Shown here piece after piece: positions 18,883 through 28,271 of a stretch of 64,000 bases of DNA. The stretch comes from a virus. The position numbers and the translations under genes were made by a program. Location of the stretch: the IMG/VR virus record IMGVR_UViG_3300018059_000013. One strand, 5' to 3'. Each line of letters opens with the position of its first letter. Position 1 is the stretch's first letter. The notes below the pieces were generated by a model. It was not told the origin of the DNA, did not search any database, and worked only from the letters and a program-made list of their open reading frames with translations.

Positions 18883-19815
18883 TCAGTATCGTAAAGTCTG
18901 GCCGTTCGTCACTCGTTTACACTGCGAGCACGTTTGGATTGGTCCGCATGCGTAACCGCACAGTTTGAAGTACTTACGTTTTGCAGTGGTCGTCGCGCAA
19001 GCGGGCATTCCGTCCGATGCGAGCAGGTGAATGCCGCCTGCCCGCTGTTCGTTCTCCGAACACCCGTTTTGTTTCATGCTCATCATCTCTGTCGTAACCG
19101 GCGAGGCAAAGACGGACACCAGTCGTTGAATCGACATCATCAGAACTGCCTTGCTCAAGAAGGGAACCGCATTGACGATGTACCTTCGAAAAAACTTGAT
19201 CGTCGTCACGGGAACCCTTTCGAAGGCTTGCCCGACGCCGAGCGTAACGGGAACGTTGAGCTCCAACAAATTCGCTCTGATCCACTTTTCCTGCTTGGGA
19301 GAATCGAGCGCCACCAGCAAGATATCCGGAGAGCACGATCTGACTGCCGTGCGAATTCCCGTCTGTTCCTCGGAACAGTCGAACGAGGAGTTCGGTGGGC
19401 TGTACTGGCCCACGATGTTCGTTCCAGGATATTTCTTCCGCAGGAAATCGCCCGCTCTCGTCGCCGACCCAGGACAACCTCCTAGGAGGAAGACTCGACA
19501 GTTGCTCTCCATCGAAATGCGCCCAACCTCTTGGACGAGGTCCCTGCTCGAAATGCGCTCGGGAATGGGGTGGCCCGTGAGGTGTGAAAGGAGGACGATA
19601 GAATGTCCATCGGCGAGGACGAGATCCGCATCCTCATAGGTTCGTGCGTACGTTACGTCGGAGTCCGCTAACCGGAGATTTTCGAGATCTCCCATGCAGA
19701 CGTACTTCGGCTGAAGCCGCTGACGAGCGAAGGCTTCTACGATGGCCCCGGCCTCCGACCTGGTGACCCTGTCGAAACGAATGTTCCTCACACGCACTTC
19801 CGGATCTTGGTGCAC
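18883..19815 (-). CDS. WecG/TagA/CpsF-family (GT26) glycosyltransferase with a Cys-rich C-terminal extension
   Basis: ADGHSIVL, RISSRDLVQEV, RVFLLGG, NIVGQYSPP, ILLVALDSPKQEKW and LGVGQAFE align with E. coli WecG motifs. Confidence 0.7.
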   Translation of the reverse strand: MHQDPEVRVRNIRFDRVTRSEAGAIVEAFARQRLQPKYVCMGDLENLRLADSDVTYARTYEDADLVLADGHSIVLLSHLTGHPIPERISSRDLVQEVGRISMESNCRVFLLGGCPGSATRAGDFLRKKYPGTNIVGQYSPPNSSFDCSEEQTGIRTAVRSCSPDILLVALDSPKQEKWIRANLLELNVPVTLGVGQAFERVPVTTIKFFRRYIVNAVPFLSKAVLMMSIQRLVSVFASPVTTEMMSMKQNGCSENEQRAGGIHLLASDGMPACATTTAKRKYFKLCGYACGPIQTCSQCKRVTNGQTLRY

Positions 19816-19819
19816 GTTC

Positions 19820-20140
19820 TCACTCCTGCGGGTCTCTCACGCTGAACTCTTCGACCCATCCGATTTCAGAACCGAGCATGACGAGCTCTCGGCGGACGCA
19901 ACCGAAGTCGTTGGATCGAATCATCATAGTTCCCAGCCGTACGACTACTGTCCTATCGACGAGCATTCTTGCTGTAGGACGGTCGTCCTTTTCCAGCGTG
20001 AAGACCTCACGAGGAAGGAAGTAGGACCAACCGATGATGATACCAAGGCCCTTCTTCGAATCTTCGAATCGATGATTCATACGATGAGGACGAGACGCGG
20101 CGTGTCTTCGTCGGACCTGTTGTCGATCTTTTCGAAGCAT
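19820..20140 (-). CDS. hypothetical protein (about 85-106 aa)
   Basis: ORF only. Confidence 0.3.
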   Translation of the reverse strand: MLRKDRQQVRRRHAASRPHRMNHRFEDSKKGLGIIIGWSYFLPREVFTLEKDDRPTARMLVDRTVVVRLGTMMIRSNDFGCVRRELVMLGSEIGWVEEFSVRDPQE

Positions 20141-20442
20141 GCACCGGGAATCATCTCTCCAACCTTGATCGACGCCATCTGACCCTTGATGAGAATCAGA
20201 GCCCGGCAGAATCCATCGTTCAACATCTTGGATTGGACGACCTGAAACGTGTCATTCTGGCAGAGCTTGAGTTCATCGATGGGAGGGGAACGTACCATGT
20301 GCGTGACGTACACGTCTGGTTCGAAGACGGGAAATTCGACAGTCGCGAACATACGATACAGACCAGGTTTCATGCTCTGCCTTTTGTTGCTAAATCCGCA
20401 CGTCATACGAACCGAAAGCTCAGGTCGCTCTCCATTTCCCAT
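20077..20442 (-). CDS. hypothetical protein (internal start of the 192-aa ORF)
   Basis: C-terminal half is protein-like; the N-terminal part overlaps 20420..20917. Confidence 0.3.
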   Translation of the reverse strand: MGNGERPELSVRMTCGFSNKRQSMKPGLYRMFATVEFPVFEPDVYVTHMVRSPPIDELKLCQNDTFQVVQSKMLNDGFCRALILIKGQMASIKVGEMIPGACFEKIDNRSDEDTPRLVLIV

Positions 20443-20917
20443 TTTGAATGTACGAAAGAAGCCCACCTGGAGTGGAACTGTTGATGTAGTTTTGGTCGTT
20501 TTCCTTGGGGGCGACGATGCAAAGGTTGTAGTCACCAACCTTAGGATCGAATTCCACGAAGAGATCGAAGGTTCGAAATCGAATCGACGCTCCGAGCAGG
20601 GTGAACTCTGCCGTCGCCTGGACCGGGGGAATTCGAAGGAGGCGAGAACGTCCAATTGAACCCTTTATTCGATCCTCAGCCGTCGTCTGATTGAGATAGA
20701 GATTGGGAGTCGTGTCGTGTTCGGACCTGTATACTTCGACGAGAGGAGATTTTGTCACATCCGACGGACTGATCTCGAAGGATCGGAGAACTTCTTTGAA
20801 GTCCAATTCTTTAGAATAGAGATGATTCCCTGTTCCCACGTTACGTTGTGGATCGCTTTTGATATCCTCGAAATCTCGAAGAGCATGAGCATAATCGATG
20901 ATTTTCTTTAGATTCAT
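20420..20917 (-). CDS. hypothetical protein (165 aa)
   Basis: Protein-like. Confidence 0.45.
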   Translation of the reverse strand: MNLKKIIDYAHALRDFEDIKSDPQRNVGTGNHLYSKELDFKEVLRSFEISPSDVTKSPLVEVYRSEHDTTPNLYLNQTTAEDRIKGSIGRSRLLRIPPVQATAEFTLLGASIRFRTFDLFVEFDPKVGDYNLCIVAPKENDQNYINSSTPGGLLSYIQNGKWRAT

Positions 20918-21186
20918 TCAGGCCTCGCCCACAACTTAACGTCCGATTCGAATTCCCAGAACATACGACCGCCGACGAGAAGGAGAAGTATCCAACTGTC
21001 GGCGAAAAGAGTGCGAGCTAGGACTACTACCCATCCACTCGGCACCCTTTCTTTTCGAACCATGAAGGTCCATTTCCCCGAACCGGGGTGACCCACTTCG
21101 GTGGGTTTTATGTACGTTCGAGTCGGGGCTAACCAGACCGACCGCAGAGGAACGAAAATGGTCGGTAACGGTTTTTTCTTCGCCAC
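20914..21186 (-). CDS. hypothetical membrane protein (90 aa)
   Basis: Weak; contains a TM-like stretch. Confidence 0.25.
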   Translation of the reverse strand: MAKKKPLPTIFVPLRSVWLAPTRTYIKPTEVGHPGSGKWTFMVRKERVPSGWVVVLARTLFADSWILLLLVGGRMFWEFESDVKLWARPE

Positions 21187-21209
21187 GAATCATCGTTCTT
21201 TTCATCCTC

Positions 21210-21277
21210 CGAAGTAGAATACTGCAGAACCCAGGATGAGGAGGTCGGGGTCGAGAGCCCTGCAGTATTCTACTTCG
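21210..21277. repeat. 18-bp perfect inverted repeat (CGAAGTAGAATACTGCAG ... CTGCAGTATTCTACTTCG) with a 32-nt loop
   Basis: Seen directly; lies immediately downstream of the stop of gene 21293..21766. Confidence 0.6.
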
Positions 21278-21292
21278 AAGCATCGTTCGGGT

Positions 21293-21766
21293 TTACGCGG
21301 CGCGCTCTCTCGGCATGATCACCCGACACGAGTAGCAAGCGTACTGACCATTGACGATCGAGCTGGCGGCGACGTCCTTGTTCATAGCGCCGCACTTGCA
21401 GGTGTGATTTCCAAAGGCCGTGAGTTCCGAAAGATACGTGGGATCGTACAACCGGACCGCTTCGGGTGCACAGATCCAGAAGAACCGCCGTTCTCCAGGG
21501 ACGATCGCCTCGATCATTTTCCTGATGACATGGTTCGTCGCGGACATCGACTGTTTCAATGAAAACGCGCCGAGGGTGTACACGTCCAACATGACTAGAA
21601 CTTGTGAACCTTGAACGAGTGGACTCACCACCCGGGCTAGGACAGGACTTGCTTGGCTCAACCATCGATTTTCATGGAGACCGAACGTCGGTTCGTCCGA
21701 AAGAAAGATCCGTGTGCCAGGTTTCAGATCCTCCCAGCCGGAGGGCGTCTTGAATTGTTGGTTCAT
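21293..21766 (-). CDS. hypothetical protein (157 aa)
   Basis: Protein-like. Confidence 0.45.
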   Translation of the reverse strand: MNQQFKTPSGWEDLKPGTRIFLSDEPTFGLHENRWLSQASPVLARVVSPLVQGSQVLVMLDVYTLGAFSLKQSMSATNHVIRKMIEAIVPGERRFFWICAPEAVRLYDPTYLSELTAFGNHTCKCGAMNKDVAASSIVNGQYACYSCRVIMPRERAA

Positions 21767-21768
21767 GG

Positions 21769-22146
21769 TCAGGTCCCAGTCATGACAGGAAGAAGATCTT
21801 CCTCCGAGTCTTCCTCTTCACCGATGTTGGACATGAACTCGTCGAACGCTTCGTCTTGGACGAACCCAAGCTTGAGAAGCTGCTCTTCAACCTCGTTCAT
21901 GGTACGCGCCGTGGCGTAGCAGTTGTCCTGAACCTCGTCCATGTCGTCGGGCACCACTTCATCTAGGATGTCGTAGATTGCTTTCGACATCGATCCACTC
22001 TCTTTGAAGAACTTGATCGGACAGAAGTATGCGTACGTATCGCCGTCGGTTTCATCCTCCTCCAAGTAGAAGCAGAAGTCTGTTGCGGCCATCTTTGTCA
22101 ACGTGCTCTCGTCATCTTTCGCTGACTCGGTCTTATTCGCTTCCAT
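21769..22146 (-). CDS. hypothetical acidic protein (125 aa)
   Basis: GGGAG Shine-Dalgarno 7 nt upstream of the ATG; promoter instance upstream. Confidence 0.5.
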   Translation of the reverse strand: MEANKTESAKDDESTLTKMAATDFCFYLEEDETDGDTYAYFCPIKFFKESGSMSKAIYDILDEVVPDDMDEVQDNCYATARTMNEVEEQLLKLGFVQDEAFDEFMSNIGEEEDSEEDLLPVMTGT

Positions 22147-22187
22147 CTGGGACTCCCGATTGCTTCGGACTTATACAAGTCCATTGT

Positions 22188-22220
22188 TTGATTATACCAC
22201 TTGAGTACCAAGCATTCATC
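22188..22220 (-). promoter_or_regulatory. conserved promoter motif, instance 4 (GATGAATG...TGGTATAAT)
   Basis: Reverse complement reads GATGAATGCTTGGTACTCAAGTGGTATAATCAAACA. Confidence 0.6.
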
Positions 22221-22240
22221 CATGCAATGAACATTGAGTT

Positions 22241-22570
22241 TCAATGCCACCATCGTGTGTGGGCATTCGATTCGCTCGAGAATGGAATCACACCCTTCAT
22301 TCCCGCAGCCAGGAGCACACTGATTCCTTCATCGCAGAGACGAACGCCTACCCACCGCCAGTTGCGCTTGGCCCTGACAACGAAGAGAGACATCACACTT
22401 TCAACTTGCGGCAGCTTCCGCTTGATCGGAAGAAGGGCTTGGAATATCGGACGAAGCTCATTGTTCGCTATCCACACGTGCGCCATGAACTTGAATCTCT
22501 CGTACGCGTCGGAATTGTTCTTCTGAACTTCCGCCCACGTCACGATCGGATACCCCGACGTGCCTTTCAC
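22241..22570 (-). CDS. hypothetical protein (109 aa)
   Basis: ORF only. Confidence 0.4.
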   Translation of the reverse strand: MKGTSGYPIVTWAEVQKNNSDAYERFKFMAHVWIANNELRPIFQALLPIKRKLPQVESVMSLFVVRAKRNWRWVGVRLCDEGISVLLAAGMKGVIPFSSESNAHTRWWH

Positions 22571-22679
22571 GCTCGAGTGGACTGAACGCGCTTGATGACT
22601 GCATCGACGATTACCGCGACGACGTACATCTTGATGAGGTCCAATCCCAGGTTGAAAGCGTAGTTGTTCGTGATAGATT

Positions 22680-22958
22680 TCATCTAAGCTCCTCTAGATA
22701 CGTTTCGTACTTGTTGTCTGTTCGTGCGACCCACCCACGATGACCTGTTTGAGATACGATCAGGTGCCAATCATAATTTGTTGGGTAACGGTTGTTGAAA
22801 AGAGGTGAACCTTTGGTAACGAAGTCGTAGGAGATCACTATCTCCCCAATTCTGAGTATAGCGGGCTTATCAACATCTGCAAAAATGTGTGTCGAATTTT
22901 CGTTCGGTTTTTCGAAGATGTAGAGCCCGGATGTTTCGACTACCTTGAAAATGAGCAT
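22680..22958 (-). CDS. small-family protein (92 aa)
   Basis: LRIGEIVISYDF motif. Confidence 0.35.
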   Translation of the reverse strand: MLIFKVVETSGLYIFEKPNENSTHIFADVDKPAILRIGEIVISYDFVTKGSPLFNNRYPTNYDWHLIVSQTGHRGWVARTDNKYETYLEELR

Positions 22959-23180
22959 TTAACCCACTCCAACAGAAACAACGATTCCATCCTTGACAGA
23001 GAAGTTGATTCTTCCTTCCCGAAAGGTCGATTCGAGGCTGTAGGGCTCTCCGTCGACCTCCACAAGCCGAACGACGAAGTCCATGTCCGCTGCGACCTTA
23101 GTAGCTGCCTCCACGGTCTTTCCGACCATGATTTCGAGCCCTGGAGGGACCGCTTTTTCGGAATTCATGAAAATGCTCAT
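22959..23180 (-). CDS. hypothetical small protein (73 aa)
   Basis: ORF only. Confidence 0.35.
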   Translation of the reverse strand: MSIFMNSEKAVPPGLEIMVGKTVEAATKVAADMDFVVRLVEVDGEPYSLESTFREGRINFSVKDGIVVSVGVG

Positions 23181-23612
23181 TTTTTCACTCCCGCGCGTGT
23201 GCGTGTGCGCGGTTCGTGAGCTTTATCCGTGGGTTCGCTGGTTGGCTCCTGTCCTTCTTTGCCTCATGGATGAGGATTCCTGTAGCGGGATTTTTTTGCA
23301 TCATCTGAGTGCGTTCTGGCACGGTTCTGTTTATCAGATTTGTGTGGTGGTATATGTTCAACTTGTAAGAATCAGAAAAGGCTACGTTTATTTCTTGCAA
23401 GTGCAAACTGCAGATGCTTTCATCAAAATCGGGTTCACGATAGATCCATCCATCGGTTTAAAGATGAACCTCTCGGAGATTGCCCTTACGATGCTAAAAT
23501 CGCTCTGATGGGCCCTCGTGAACAATACGCCCACGGAGTCGTTCTTCATATGATTCCCCAACGAAAAACTCGTCTAAAACGACCTAAAGAGGATACATTC
23601 GTCTGACTTGGG
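23181..23612. other. ~430-bp structured non-coding region A (GC hairpin CCGCGCGTGTGCGTGTGCGCGG, then CGTGAGCT; terminal hairpin TTGTGCTCgaaaGAGCACAA)
   Basis: No convincing ORF on either strand; the hairpin-plus-CGTGAGCT element recurs at 53591..53622. Confidence 0.4.
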
Positions 23613-23816
23613 TCATTGTGCTCGAAAGAGCACAATTTCGAAGACGATCCTATCGATGGTCCCGTCTGGGAGAATGCAGTACCAAGATGGGTACAACGAA
23701 GCGTAGGAATACGTTTCGAAGAGCAGAATTAGGTGAGTTCCTGCGGCGCAGCGACCTCCGCCGTACGGAAAGATGTACTGACCCTCTGGGACCCGCAAAA
23801 TCTCACCGTTAGTCAT
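23613..23816 (-). CDS. Z-family small protein (67 aa)
   Basis: ILPDGTIDRIVFEIVLF matches LLPTGEIRKMIFEIVL in the 32044..32742 array. Confidence 0.4.
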   Translation of the reverse strand: MTNGEILRVPEGQYIFPYGGGRCAAGTHLILLFETYSYASLYPSWYCILPDGTIDRIVFEIVLFRAQ

Positions 23817-23899
23817 CGGCTTTTTGTAGCATGGATTTCCAGGAATCTAGTACGAAGTGTCCCGTCGTGCCTTTTAAGTGTGACAGACGGCCTCTTTGA

Positions 23900-24367
23900 T
23901 CAGAAAGCTTTCTTCTTCTTGGATTCACGCTCGAGCTTGGCGAGGTCGTCGGCCTGTTGACGCCTACGGATGATTCTCATCTTCGTATTGAGAATCTCGG
24001 TACTGCTGGGAGAACCGTCTGACAAAGTTTCGATGAACTCCCAGTGTGGGAGGCCGACGCCGTCGTGGGGCATGATCCCGTCCCGTTCACCGTCGCCGAA
24101 GATGATTCCGATCACGCGCCGAGGAGGGAGGTTCTTGCGAACCTCCGCATGCTGTGTGACGATGTCTTCATCGACATCCAGACCAAGGTCCTTGTTGGAC
24201 GTCAGGACGACCTGGGCGGGATATCCACCCTCCTCGACCGACTGCGTCGCCTCGAGCAAGTAGCTGATCTGCCCGACATTGTACGCGACAGATCGTTCGA
24301 GATCCTGCATATGAAACTTGGTCGACGTAGGCAAACAGTAGAACCCGTCGGTAACTTTACGAACCAT
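23900..24367 (-). CDS. P-family hypothetical protein, copy 1 (155 aa)
   Basis: About 60% identical over 110 aa to 55011..55502 (CLPTS.KFH.Q..ERS...ATQSVE.GGYP..VVLT...QHAEVRKNLPPR...GLPHWEFI). Own promoter instance and GAAGGGGG Shine-Dalgarno upstream. Confidence 0.55.
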   Translation of the reverse strand: MVRKVTDGFYCLPTSTKFHMQDLERSVAYNVGQISYLLEATQSVEEGGYPAQVVLTSNKDLGLDVDEDIVTQHAEVRKNLPPRRVIGIIFGDGERDGIMPHDGVGLPHWEFIETLSDGSPSSTEILNTKMRIIRRRQQADDLAKLERESKKKKAF

Positions 24368-24435
24368 GTCTATAACCCCCTTCGATCGTCGCCTGGCAGC
24401 GGAAGCAGATTATCTGACTCCCATTCCACTATTAG

Positions 24436-24468
24436 CTTAATCTTACCATACGACGAACGCAAATTCAT
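24436..24468 (-). promoter_or_regulatory. conserved promoter motif, instance 5 (GATGAATT...TGGTAAGAT)
   Basis: Reverse complement reads GATGAATTTGCGTTCGTCGTATGGTAAGATTAAGC. Confidence 0.5.
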
Positions 24469-24495
24469 CGGTGAGGGGCTTCTTCGATCGCGCAG

Positions 24496-24723
24496 CTATT
24501 CCGGACAATTCCAAGGACGATCCCGCCAGCACTTGTGCTCTCTAGCGTGTTCTCCTTGCGGAGTGATCGTATCGACCTCACCGCAGTGCTGAGGATTTTC
24601 ACGTTGACATTTGTCCAAGCGTTCGTACCCTCGATTGCAGGACCGAGCCGCAAAGATGAGGCAGACGACAGCTCCTATCAGGAGCGCGAGAGCAAAACAT
24701 CCGATCACTTTTTCGTCCTGCAT
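24496..24723 (-). CDS. small membrane-anchored Cys-containing protein (~75 aa)
   Basis: The internal ATG abuts the DHH gene stop; TM segment VIGCFALALLIGAVVCLIFAA. Confidence 0.35.
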   Translation of the reverse strand: MQDEKVIGCFALALLIGAVVCLIFAARSCNRGYERLDKCQRENPQHCGEVDTITPQGEHAREHKCWRDRPWNCPE

Positions 24724-24724
24724 A

Positions 24725-25840
24725 CTATCCTCGTCCTTCTTGCGTAGGATCCCATCCAGCATGGTCCTGCGGTTTGTGGCCGAGCTTGCTGCACGTTCCG
24801 CACGGATGAAGCTTGGCTGCGAAGGGATGCTTCTCCTCGTACGCATTCACGACGTTCTTGATGTAGGTGTACGGGTTGGCATCTTCCGGTTTGACAGATG
24901 CTCCGAATCCTGCGGCCTTGGTGTGACCGCCGCCACCGTACCACTTGGTGAACGACATGCAGTCGTAGAAGGTGTGGCTCCGAGTCGAGTGCAACATCTT
25001 GGGTTCAAGACCCGCTTCGGTCTTGTCGCACTTGTACTTGAAACCGATGATGAGGTCAGTGTCCTTGTCCATCGCCTCGGCAATGTCAGAAGATGCCCGT
25101 GTGCTGTTGAAGCAGGTCACCTTGGTCCCTCGATCGGAGACGAAATGGTACGCCTCGGCGAGCACGTACTGGGTGCTCTTCACCTGCTTCTTCATGAGAA
25201 TGCTACCGACGGGATGGAACTTCGAATCCCAGTGTTTCGAAATCTCCTCGAACTTGGTATCGAGCCAAAACTCTCTCGGCCAGAAATAGAGAATCTCTCC
25301 CTGAAGTGTGGATTCGTACCATTCAGGATTCGATCGCTGCCACGTGTCTCGGATGCCAGCCCGTTCCGCGAAGCGGGCGACGAACTGCTCGTGAGCGTCC
25401 CACATCTCCTCGTAGAGAGGATCGTAGTCCGCGCTCTCTTTCCAGTCCTTTCGACGAAGCGCCTGAAATGGTTTCCAGACGTGTCTATAAACGAGGGGTG
25501 CGCCGCTGATTCCCGGGTTGAGTTTCTCATCCCCGAACACGGCGAGCTCGCCGAACTTCTCGACGATGTCCTTAACACCCTTGTGATGGTCGAGAACAAT
25601 GGCTCCCATTTTCAAGAACTCTTCGTAGCGCTCCGAGGGAGGGACGATGTCGACGAACAACATGTACGGCCGAGCTTCGAGTTTGCCGTACGGCTCTGTA
25701 CCGTGCTGCGCAAAGATGATCTCCGCATCCGGTAGCACGTCATGTAACAGCATCGCTGCAGAAAGACCGTCGGTGCAGTTGTCGTGAGTCACTATCGTGG
25801 TCACAGCTTTCAACTTCTCGATGTCGATTTTTTTGTTCAT
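24725..25840 (-). CDS. DHH-DHHA1 phosphoesterase (NrnA/RecJ-like, 371 aa)
   Basis: DHH motifs HDNCTDGLSAA, LFVDIVPP, VLDHHKG and DHHA1 GGGGH; ATG confirmed at 25838-25840. Confidence 0.8.
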   Translation of the reverse strand: MNKKIDIEKLKAVTTIVTHDNCTDGLSAAMLLHDVLPDAEIIFAQHGTEPYGKLEARPYMLFVDIVPPSERYEEFLKMGAIVLDHHKGVKDIVEKFGELAVFGDEKLNPGISGAPLVYRHVWKPFQALRRKDWKESADYDPLYEEMWDAHEQFVARFAERAGIRDTWQRSNPEWYESTLQGEILYFWPREFWLDTKFEEISKHWDSKFHPVGSILMKKQVKSTQYVLAEAYHFVSDRGTKVTCFNSTRASSDIAEAMDKDTDLIIGFKYKCDKTEAGLEPKMLHSTRSHTFYDCMSFTKWYGGGGHTKAAGFGASVKPEDANPYTYIKNVVNAYEEKHPFAAKLHPCGTCSKLGHKPQDHAGWDPTQEGRG

Positions 25841-26028
25841 TCTAGCTGTTTCACCTCGGTGTCGAAAAGATGGAATTCTACTAAAACTCCGTCCAACACA
25901 CCGATGAATCTATGAAGATCATCTCCGATATCCAATGAGGATATCACGATGGTGATCGTTCCTTTTGGGACTAGGATCGTGTGTCCGAGGATGTAAGGTG
26001 GTGTCGAAGCTCCTACCTGCGTTTCCAT
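25837..26028 (-). CDS. hypothetical small protein (internal start)
   Basis: Weak. Confidence 0.25.
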   Translation of the reverse strand: METQVGASTPPYILGHTILVPKGTITIVISSLDIGDDLHRFIGVLDGVLVEFHLFDTEVKQLE

Positions 26029-26060
26029 TCTAACCAAAGAATGGAGCTGAAGCAACCTTT

Positions 26061-26279
26061 TCACGCGTCGATCTCTTCTCCTTGTACATCGATCACTCGA
26101 TGGACGGAGAGAAGCTTTCGCTTCGCCGCGGCCATGAACCATTGAGCGCTGTTAGGGTCACACTGGACGAGAACTGCGTTCAGCGCTAGAGCAGCTGCCT
26201 GGTCCTTATTCTCACCCAGAACACTGTACTTTCCCACGTACACACCATTGATCGTCGCGCAACAGAAAGAAGTCATCAT
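26061..26279 (-). CDS. hypothetical small protein
   Basis: Internal ATG; C-terminal part is protein-like. Confidence 0.3.
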   Translation of the reverse strand: MMTSFCCATINGVYVGKYSVLGENKDQAAALALNAVLVQCDPNSAQWFMAAAKRKLLSVHRVIDVQGEEIDA

Positions 26280-26539
26280 GTCGGCCTCCGTGGCGGGATT
26301 ATCCCCTTGTCGATCGCGTCCTGCAGACTCTTTTTCACGTACGCCCGAACGACACGGGCGTCGAGTTTCACCTTGTGAATGATCTTGATGTCCGTCAATA
26401 TCCATCCATCGAGGAACGCCACATCATCGTCGTCTATGAAGCGATCCTTCACAGTCAGTCTGACTATGTAGGAGTGTTCGCTAAACGCACGATCGACGTG
26501 CATGTCTAAAAGACGTTGTTCCTCGATGGTGGGGTCCAT
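26276..26539 (-). CDS. hypothetical small protein (~87 aa)
   Basis: ATG lies 4 nt after the stop of the upstream 55-aa gene. Confidence 0.4.
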   Translation of the reverse strand: MDPTIEEQRLLDMHVDRAFSEHSYIVRLTVKDRFIDDDDVAFLDGWILTDIKIIHKVKLDARVVRAYVKKSLQDAIDKGIIPPRRPT

Positions 26540-26543
26540 GGTT

Positions 26544-26711
26544 TTAGCGAGTGTCAACCTGGTACTTGTTGAGGACAGCCTCGAGCTCTTCCGAGAATGC
26601 GATGGCCTCATTAGAGGGACCGGTCGCGATCTCGATCGCCATCCACTTGTACGCCTTCAAGAGGCTCTCGCTGATGCGTTTCATTCGAAGGATAATCTTG
26701 GCTCGATCCAT
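26544..26711 (-). CDS. hypothetical 55-aa helical protein (below the ORF-track cutoff)
   Basis: MDRAKIILRMKRISESLLKAYKWMAIEIATGPSNEAIAFSEELEAVLNKYQVDTR, read directly from the sequence. Confidence 0.35.
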   Translation of the reverse strand: MDRAKIILRMKRISESLLKAYKWMAIEIATGPSNEAIAFSEELEAVLNKYQVDTR

Positions 26712-26718
26712 TTTGTGC

Positions 26719-26991
26719 TCACTTTCCGCAATACTCGAAGTGTGACTTCTTTTCGATTCCGTGACAGAAAATCACCCATCCGACCTTGTGATTCATGGTC
26801 ATGACGGGAACCCACCACCAACTATAGCGACCTTCGTCGCTTTTCTGGAGATATTCTTCTTCTGCCAGAACTCGGACCACCGCGTAGGCTACGAGATGCT
26901 CAACTACCCGCGACGATGATCCCGGAAGCTCGTGAACGACGAGACTGCCGCTTAAGACGGAAGAGGCCTTGACATAAGCTCCCAACTTCAT
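26719..26991 (-). CDS. hypothetical protein (90 aa)
   Basis: ORF only. Confidence 0.4.
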   Translation of the reverse strand: MKLGAYVKASSVLSGSLVVHELPGSSSRVVEHLVAYAVVRVLAEEEYLQKSDEGRYSWWWVPVMTMNHKVGWVIFCHGIEKKSHFEYCGK

Positions 26992-26997
26992 GAGTAG

Positions 26998-27432
26998 CTA
27001 CTCGTCGTTAGGGTCTTTGTTGGCAGTTTCTCGTACCATACGAGCGTTGACGTATGCCGCGTTGCAAGCATCGCAATTCGTGCGAGACCATCCATCATGA
27101 TGGATTTTTCCGGGAGCTCCACACGTTTCGCAGACCTTCGAGCAAGCTTCTTCAGCTTCGTCAATTGCCGACTCCATTTCGGATGTGGACCCGGCCATGT
27201 AGAACCGCAACCCGCCGAATTTCTCTTTGACCTGGGAAGCATAGTACGATCCCCGTAGATCTTCTGGCGCTTCTAAGATCAATTTTTCCAACTTCTCGGA
27301 GAGTTCTCGCACAATTGGTTCCCAACCGTCGCCGACGTCCAATCCGAACACCATGCAGGTTCCGCGCGTGCGTCGGTCTTTATAGAGGTTCGGAAAGTCC
27401 TTGCACAGAGCCTCATCGAGTTCGATTTTCAT
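26998..27432 (-). CDS. hypothetical protein with a C-terminal Cys cluster (144 aa)
   Basis: CETCGAPG...CDACN motifs. Confidence 0.5.
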   Translation of the reverse strand: MKIELDEALCKDFPNLYKDRRTRGTCMVFGLDVGDGWEPIVRELSEKLEKLILEAPEDLRGSYYASQVKEKFGGLRFYMAGSTSEMESAIDEAEEACSKVCETCGAPGKIHHDGWSRTNCDACNAAYVNARMVRETANKDPNDE

Positions 27433-27447
27433 ACCAAGATTCGGTTT

Positions 27448-27864
27448 TCACTTAAGGGAAGACCTCCCCTTCGATCCCGAAGTGGGGCCCGAGTGCAAGA
27501 AGCACCCGTTATTAGTAGCTGCTAGCCCGAGAAATGTTGCGAGCTCCGTGCACCGGGTTCTCATCGATCTATCGATCGAACGGGTGATGAGCTTCGGAGT
27601 TATTGACTTCGTGACTCCGTCCTGTATCAGGACAGCTTCACTCCAGATGACCATCCGCAATCCGAGCATCATCTGGATTCGCTTAGCGAACGACATACAT
27701 TCGTCGCTAGAGATGATCTCGTCAGAGTTAGATGTGAGCTTGTTGATTGTCGATGCAGCGATTCCCGACCTTGAAAAGAACCCTTTCATCGCCTCGAGCT
27801 CTTCCACCTTCAATTCGAGGGTTTCACTTCCATCGGGGGTGGCTCGCAGGAACATTCTACCCAT
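27448..27864 (-). CDS. hypothetical protein (~139 aa)
   Basis: ATG at 27864 is preceded by AGGAGG, downstream of promoter 27902..27934. The listed start at 27936 lies inside the promoter. Confidence 0.5.
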   Translation of the reverse strand: MGRMFLRATPDGSETLELKVEELEAMKGFFSRSGIAASTINKLTSNSDEIISSDECMSFAKRIQMMLGLRMVIWSEAVLIQDGVTKSITPKLITRSIDRSMRTRCTELATFLGLAATNNGCFLHSGPTSGSKGRSSLK

Positions 27865-27901
27865 GTTGACCTCCTGCCGGATCCTTTTTTCCGACTTACG
27901 T

Positions 27902-27934
27902 TTAATTGTATCACATGACCAATGTGGGTTCATC
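27902..27934 (-). promoter_or_regulatory. conserved promoter motif, instance 6 (GATGAACC...TGATACAAT)
   Basis: Reverse complement reads GATGAACCCACATTGGTCATGTGATACAATTAAA. Confidence 0.6.
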
Positions 27935-28271
27935 AATCCGTGGGAGAGATCGTCTTCATAACCTGCTTGAGTAGCGTCATGTCGTAAGCTTTCCGTGATT
28001 CGGGGTCCATCAAATCTTGAGGCGGCAGCTTGATGGCCGGAAGGGAGAACCCCAAATAGCTCGCAAGGGGCGAGAGCAGAAAGTCCATGCCGTATTCATC
28101 CACCGGATCCACTTGGAACCTTCCGCAGCTCGACCAGTACGGGTTGACGATCCACGATTCTTCGTATTTGAAACCCATACTTCGAATTTCTTCGAACAGA
28201 GAGTTGTTCTCATCGATTGGACCGTTGAACATCCGAGATTTGATCTGCTTCCGACTGAATGAAGTGATCAT
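27933..28271 (-). CDS. hypothetical protein (internal start, ~112 aa)
   Basis: Protein-like from MITSFSRK onward. Confidence 0.35.
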   Translation of the reverse strand: MITSFSRKQIKSRMFNGPIDENNSLFEEIRSMGFKYEESWIVNPYWSSCGRFQVDPVDEYGMDFLLSPLASYLGFSLPAIKLPPQDLMDPESRKAYDMTLLKQVMKTISPTD

